Origin: Bugula neritina
Taxonomy: Eukaryota > Animalia > Bryozoa
Reading direction: 5' to 3'
DNA: 64,000 nt
NCBI GenBank assembly: GCA_964035545.1
Contig: OZ037772.1
Coordinates: forward strand, 7,424,889 to 7,488,888
In this document: positions 57,301-63,300 of the stretch, piece by piece
Position numbering within the stretch: position 1 is the stretch's first letter
Layout: every line of letters starts with the position of its first letter
The notes under the pieces: model-generated
The model's database searches: none
Seen by the model: only the letters and a program-made list of their open reading frames with translations
What the model was told of the DNA's origin: nothing
Position numbers and translations under genes: made by a program

Positions 57301-60300
57301 ACCCAATTTGGCAGGGCTCGCACTGGTACTGCCCGTCATCGCTGTAGAAACCAACACCGCATGGAGTCGGTTCATAAGTTCCAACTCCACAGTAGTAACT
57401 AAAAGAATATGTACCCAGTAGAGTATACAGTAGAGTATACAGTAGAGTATACAGTAGAGTATACAGTAGAGTATACAGTAGAGTATACAGTGGAGTATAC
57501 AGTGGAGTATACAGTAGAGTATACAGTAGAGTATACAGTAGAGTATACAGTAGAGTATACAGTAGAGTATACAGTAGAGTATACAGTAGAGTATACAGTA
57601 GAGTATACAGTAGAGTATACAGTAGAGTATACAGTAGAGTATACAGTAGAGTACCCAGTAGAGTACACAGTAGAGTACACAGTAGAGTACACAGTAGAGT
57701 ATACAGTAGAGTATACAGTAGAGTATACAGTAGAGTATACAGTAGAGTATACAGTAGAGTATACAGTAGAGTATACAGTAGAGTATACAGTAGAGTACCC
57801 AGTAGAGTATACAGAGCTAATAAATAGATGTATACAGTGGAGTATACAGAGCTAATAAGTAGATAAGTCGATAGAAGAGTAGGAAACATCTAAAGAAATA
57901 GAGCTTTGCATGTACTGTATCAACTATGCTATGCACCAGATCATCTTATTAGCACACAGCCTTCCCCTTCCCCTAACCTTGAATGAGGTCACTTACAATA
58001 CAGTTGATCAGATTAATGCATTCCTGTCTACTAGAGTAGCAAACTATCTATATCATTGCCAACACATTTCAAGGTAGAAGGAAACAATTGAATTAACTAA
58101 GTTATATAGAAACTAATAGAATTTTCTTCAGCAGCCTTGACTAAATGATAGAACAGGTGCATTAGATAAGAAAAACTGGTCTAACCTTGTCAATACAAGT
58201 TTATCTATTCCCATATCTCAATATTCTCATACCTCACTATTCTGATATCTCTAATCTCACTATTCTCACCGTCTCAAATCTAACTATAACTATGACATCG
58301 CAGCAACATTAGCAATTCTCTTTACTAATGTAGGAGTTATCTCCCCATCACTCACCCTCCGGGGCAGTCCAGACATTCAAACTGTCTCTTAGCTGGAGTT
58401 CCAGAACCAGCCAAGTGGTGGGTGGTGACCAGAGTGGCCGTCCCCGCCTCAGACACGAGGGTTGTGTTGAGACCCCAGGGCATATATTTCCCTTCTGGAC
58501 AAGTTACTGGCTCAGTGAATCCAAACTCACAGAAAGAACCTGTAAGTGTGAAATTACCAGCTCAAGTTTGTCTACCAGAACTTTATGGCAATGTAGAACC
58601 TCCAATCAACATGATTTTTTAAAGAAATATATCAATCAGCAATCGGGTGCGTAACAAATATAATAATATCATATATAATAATATATGTAACATATGTCAA
58701 TTGTTTTTATTAATTATGTATAGATGTACATATAAATGAATAAATAAATAAATATAAATATATAATTACATTAAATAAGATAAATATAAATAATCAAATA
58801 TAAATAAATATATAAATAAACATATCAATAAATAAATATAGATAAATATAAATATATGAGTAAATACAATATAATACACTATAAATATATATACGCACAC
58901 ACATATTTATCTACCAATCACATTAGCTGTAACACATTCAACTAACCAATCAGACAGTCGTAGCAGTCAGCCTGTTCATCCTGTCCATAGTGCGGGTTGA
59001 ATGTTCCATTAGCACAGTCGTGCTGGTAAGCATTCTCGGTGTTTATTGGGCAGTAATGACCCGGTGGACAAAGGTCATTCGGCTCTGTCAGACCACCTAG
59101 CCAATCAGAACAGCAGATGGTTAGAGAAATGACTTAGACATGTTACCGTGGAAACTAGTTCTAACTGATGCACTTCCCATCTTGAACGATAACAATTTCT
59201 CTCAATATAACTGGTAACTTAATTTAAAACTAAAGGACGAGAAAAATTGTTCGCTCATTACTTCATCTAAATAAGTAATGCTAACTTACATTTCAGTATC
59301 CGTCTTCAGAGGTAAGTGAGTGAAATTTAAAGTTAAAATGTTGCTTTTAAAAATTTAAACAGTGAAACGGTTTATTGTAATGTTCTAACTATTAGATTTT
59401 GTTCAATAAACTACGATATTGGTATCTGACATATATGTTCAATTGAGATAAATAAAATAATAAACAATGTTTCTTGTTTAGTTATTTGTAATAACATTTA
59501 GTGTAAGAACTACCTGTACAGTAGTATCCCGGGTCACAATCCGTACACTGATCCACCTGATAAAGGGCGCTGCTGTTAGAGTAAGTTCCTGACGGGCAAG
59601 GGTGTGAATCGAGTCGAGGCGTCTGCAGAGGGCAGTAATAGCCAGGTTTACAAGGCTGAGGTCCGTTGATTGTCCCCATCCCTGACGTTCCATAGCTAAA
59701 GTGTAGACAGTTATTGTCAATACAATCGTTTGGTGACTCTAACTGTTTATTTCTGTAAAACTTGTTATATGTCTTCCAAGAAGAAAAAAATATATTGAGG
59801 TTTAATTAAGAAATAACAAATAGTCCAAACGCTGAACAGATTACAAAAAGGATAAATATATGCAGCTGCAGGGGTAGAAACTTTGCGACCTCACTCAGGT
59901 ATTATTTAGCAAATGCAACAGAAGACACAAGACAGAAACTATTGAATATAAAAATATAAACTAAAAGCTACGGATATGCAAGCTAACCTTCGCCAATGAC
60001 TTCTAGAACCAAGCAGGTAAAGACAGTAAACACAAAATCTTACCTGCAGTAGTATCCCAGAGGGCACGGGTCACACTCGTCTGCTGAAGCCAGATCAGTT
60101 CTGTTGGAGAATGTTCCAGAAGGACACGGATACTGGTCATCGGCGATGGTTCCATTGGGACAGAAATAGCCTGGAACCATAGAACAGATTGATTGATTGA
60201 TTGATTGATTGATTTACTGCATATCACAAACATGACAACACGTTTCGAAATTCAGTGTAAATACTGGCTATAATATAAGTAGGTATGAACAAAAATGAAA

Positions 60301-63300
60301 GAAAAATAAACTAAGTCAAAACCCTGTTGGATTATTTAAAATAGAAGCTCATTTAAAGTATTTAAAAGACCTCCACTACTTTTGTACAGGGTTGTCAAAC
60401 ATAATACAGCTTTTAATTTAAGATATTCAAAGGAAGTGCCAAAAAACTCAAAATTAAAAGTTTGGTAAAACGTTGACCTCCAGTATTTGTGTACAAGATT
60501 GTCAAACAAAATACTGTAACTAAAAGTTCGAGAGATTCAAAATGCAAAATCAAGAACTTTGCAGAGCTGTTGGAAGGCTCTGCACATGCTCAATGAGCTC
60601 TAGCTGTGAGCCTATGACCAGCTTATCTGAAGGAGTTGGATTACCTGCTTTACAGAAGTGATCGGTGGTGTTGACCTCACACTGGCCCACTTCCGGACAG
60701 TAGTAGCTGTGGTCACAGAGTTTGCAGTTGAGAGGGGAGCCTGTCTTGGTGTTAGGGTTGTAGGTTCCCATCCTGCAGGGTATAGGGATATTGGTGGGGT
60801 TATCTGGGTCAGAGAAGGGGCAATAGTGACCACATGGGCAATCCTCACACTCAGTCGCGTCTGCAGAAGACAACAGAAAACTTAACTTTCATTTAATTTT
60901 TGAAACTTCCTTTAATCATTTGTTTACCATTTATATGCAGAGAAACCCAAACCACTTCAATTGATGAAAAAATCAATGAATCATGATACAAAGGACATGA
61001 GAACATTTCCAAAAGAATAAAAGTTAATATGCTACATTTATCAATAAATCATGATAAAAAAAAATTAACAGCTTTCCAAAAGAAAACAAACATAAAAAAT
61101 TCTTTAAAATATATAATGAATTCCCAAACTTAATTCTTAAAACTTCATACAAAAATAACCAAAATGGAAACCTTAACAATTCTACTGGAACATTCCATCA
61201 TAGTAAACACACACACACGTATCCAATACACTCACTAGTTAGTCCAGTGCGCCAGCTGGCCGTGCCAATGGGGCAGGGGTTTTGAGTCCCCTTCTCCGTA
61301 GAAGTGGGGCACCAGAATCCTGCTGGACATATTTCAGTATAGTTCGCTGACCCCTGTTCACAGTAGTAGCCAGCTGGGCAAGGCAGACACTGGGAGTGGT
61401 GCGTGGCGTTCTCGTAAGGGTTATAAGTTCCAGCTACAAGCAAAACATGAAATATTAGCCAAGTTATTATAGCATTGTATGTTGTAAGTCATCCAACCTT
61501 AAATCATATCTTTTATATGAAACATCATAAATTTCAAATCTAGTAATATTCAAATACCATTACTGAGTGTAATAAATGACCTCTATTTCTACATGAATCA
61601 TTGTCATTCTGATCTCAGCTAATTCAATCTTACTTTAACACAAAGAAACTAGCCCCGACTAGTCAACTAAATACACGGCCATTCTTATTTTAGTGCCTTT
61701 GTGTGGGAGAAGACAACTATGCAAGATAGAACTGATGATGGAAAAACAATCGAACTGAACAAACTTTCCAGATGATATGCGATCGAGTCATGAAAAAAAA
61801 TGTCGAACGCCTCAAACATCTCAAAGACATGTGAAGCCTAAATAAGTAAGTCATGGGGTGCATTACACAGGTGTAATTTATGTAATATGGATCCAGACAC
61901 TTACTTAGTTTATTTCTACTGAAATGGAATTAGACATACCTGAGCAGGGGTACTCTCTGGGATCGGTGGTGCCCTGAGGACAGTAGTATCCCGGTGGGCA
62001 GGGGTGGAGAGTCGGGTCGGTCACATTGGCTACCGAACAGTGATAACCTGCCAATAACAAGAACCACAGACTATATACAACACTAGAGACTACTCAATGA
62101 AAAAGTCGTCTGCAAACTCTGCCTCATATTTTAGCAGCATTTGCTGTGAAACAATTAAATTTGGCAGCAGCGGGACACACATTAATAGCTCAACATCACC
62201 TAACATAAAAGAAAAAGTACAACTGCACGGCAAGGCACAGTTTAGCATTTAAAAACAATAAATTTCATTCAAATAAGGGTAGTTATCATAGCAATGACCT
62301 TGAACTGACCTGAAGGGCAAATGATGCACTCAGACTTGTCCTCAGCCTGGGTGTACGGGTTGTAAGTGCCTGTCTTACAGGGCCAGAACTTCAGACCGTC
62401 ACACCAGCCGCCCGGAGGGCAGATTCCTTCTGGCGGTGTTGGGGACGTGCTGCCGACAGAGCAAACGAATCCTCTTTCACAGGGAAAACAGGAAGTGGAT
62501 CTGCCGTTAGAGTAATGGCCGGCAGGACACTCGGCTCTCGAGTTGTCTGGTAAATGTAAAGAATGGGTCAGCTGGTCTTTTCATTCACAAATTCGAACAA
62601 ACCAAAAACTTACTCATTCATACTTAAACTAACAAAAAAACTACTACTCTAAGTTATGATATCTGTTGATCAAAACGTAAGTAGAAATTGGCATAACGAC
62701 AGTTTACAATTTCAACCTCTTATGTTCATGATTCACATGCTAGTCTACTTTGCATCAGATTGCTAAACTTTGTATTATATTATTATGAGTTACACCAACT
62801 ATTATACTCTTTATTATTACCATTAATAACAATCAGACTATGATTGAGTCTGCACGCTCCACTCATACTGTGAATCACAGAATTGTTCTATTTTAATGAT
62901 GAGTCATATTCACAGTGATAACTACTAAACACTAAGAATATTAATGATATTCACAGTGAGTGTCTCTACACTTAATGACTCATAATCACAGTGACTGTGT
63001 CTACACTCAATGACTCATTCTCGCAGTGAGTGTCTCTGCACTCAATGAATCACACTCACATTGAGTGCGATTTCATTCAATGACTCATACTCACAGTGAG
63101 TGTCTCTACAGAAGAATCCCGGTTCACAGCTCGTGCAGTTTACACTCTCTGCTGCTGAATACTCGCCAGGCTCACATCTGATTGGTCCTTGGTCAGCACG
63201 CGGACAGTAAGAACCGGCCGGACAACTTGTGCAAGCGTCTTGTGACCCGTAGGAGAAGAATCCAGGAAGACATGGTGTACTGTAACATTGTATTCACATT

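Noticed and set aside
57299-57889. ORFs with YTLL / YTVE / YSTV repeats
   Set aside because: 12-bp minisatellite; only 57303-57398 is exon, bounded by a phase-compatible AG.
1345-58654. Many short + strand ORFs overlapping exons (e.g. 1345, 8958, 25930, 44793, 53043, 58415)
   Set aside because: Antisense shadows of GC-rich exons; no independent splice signals or recognisable products.
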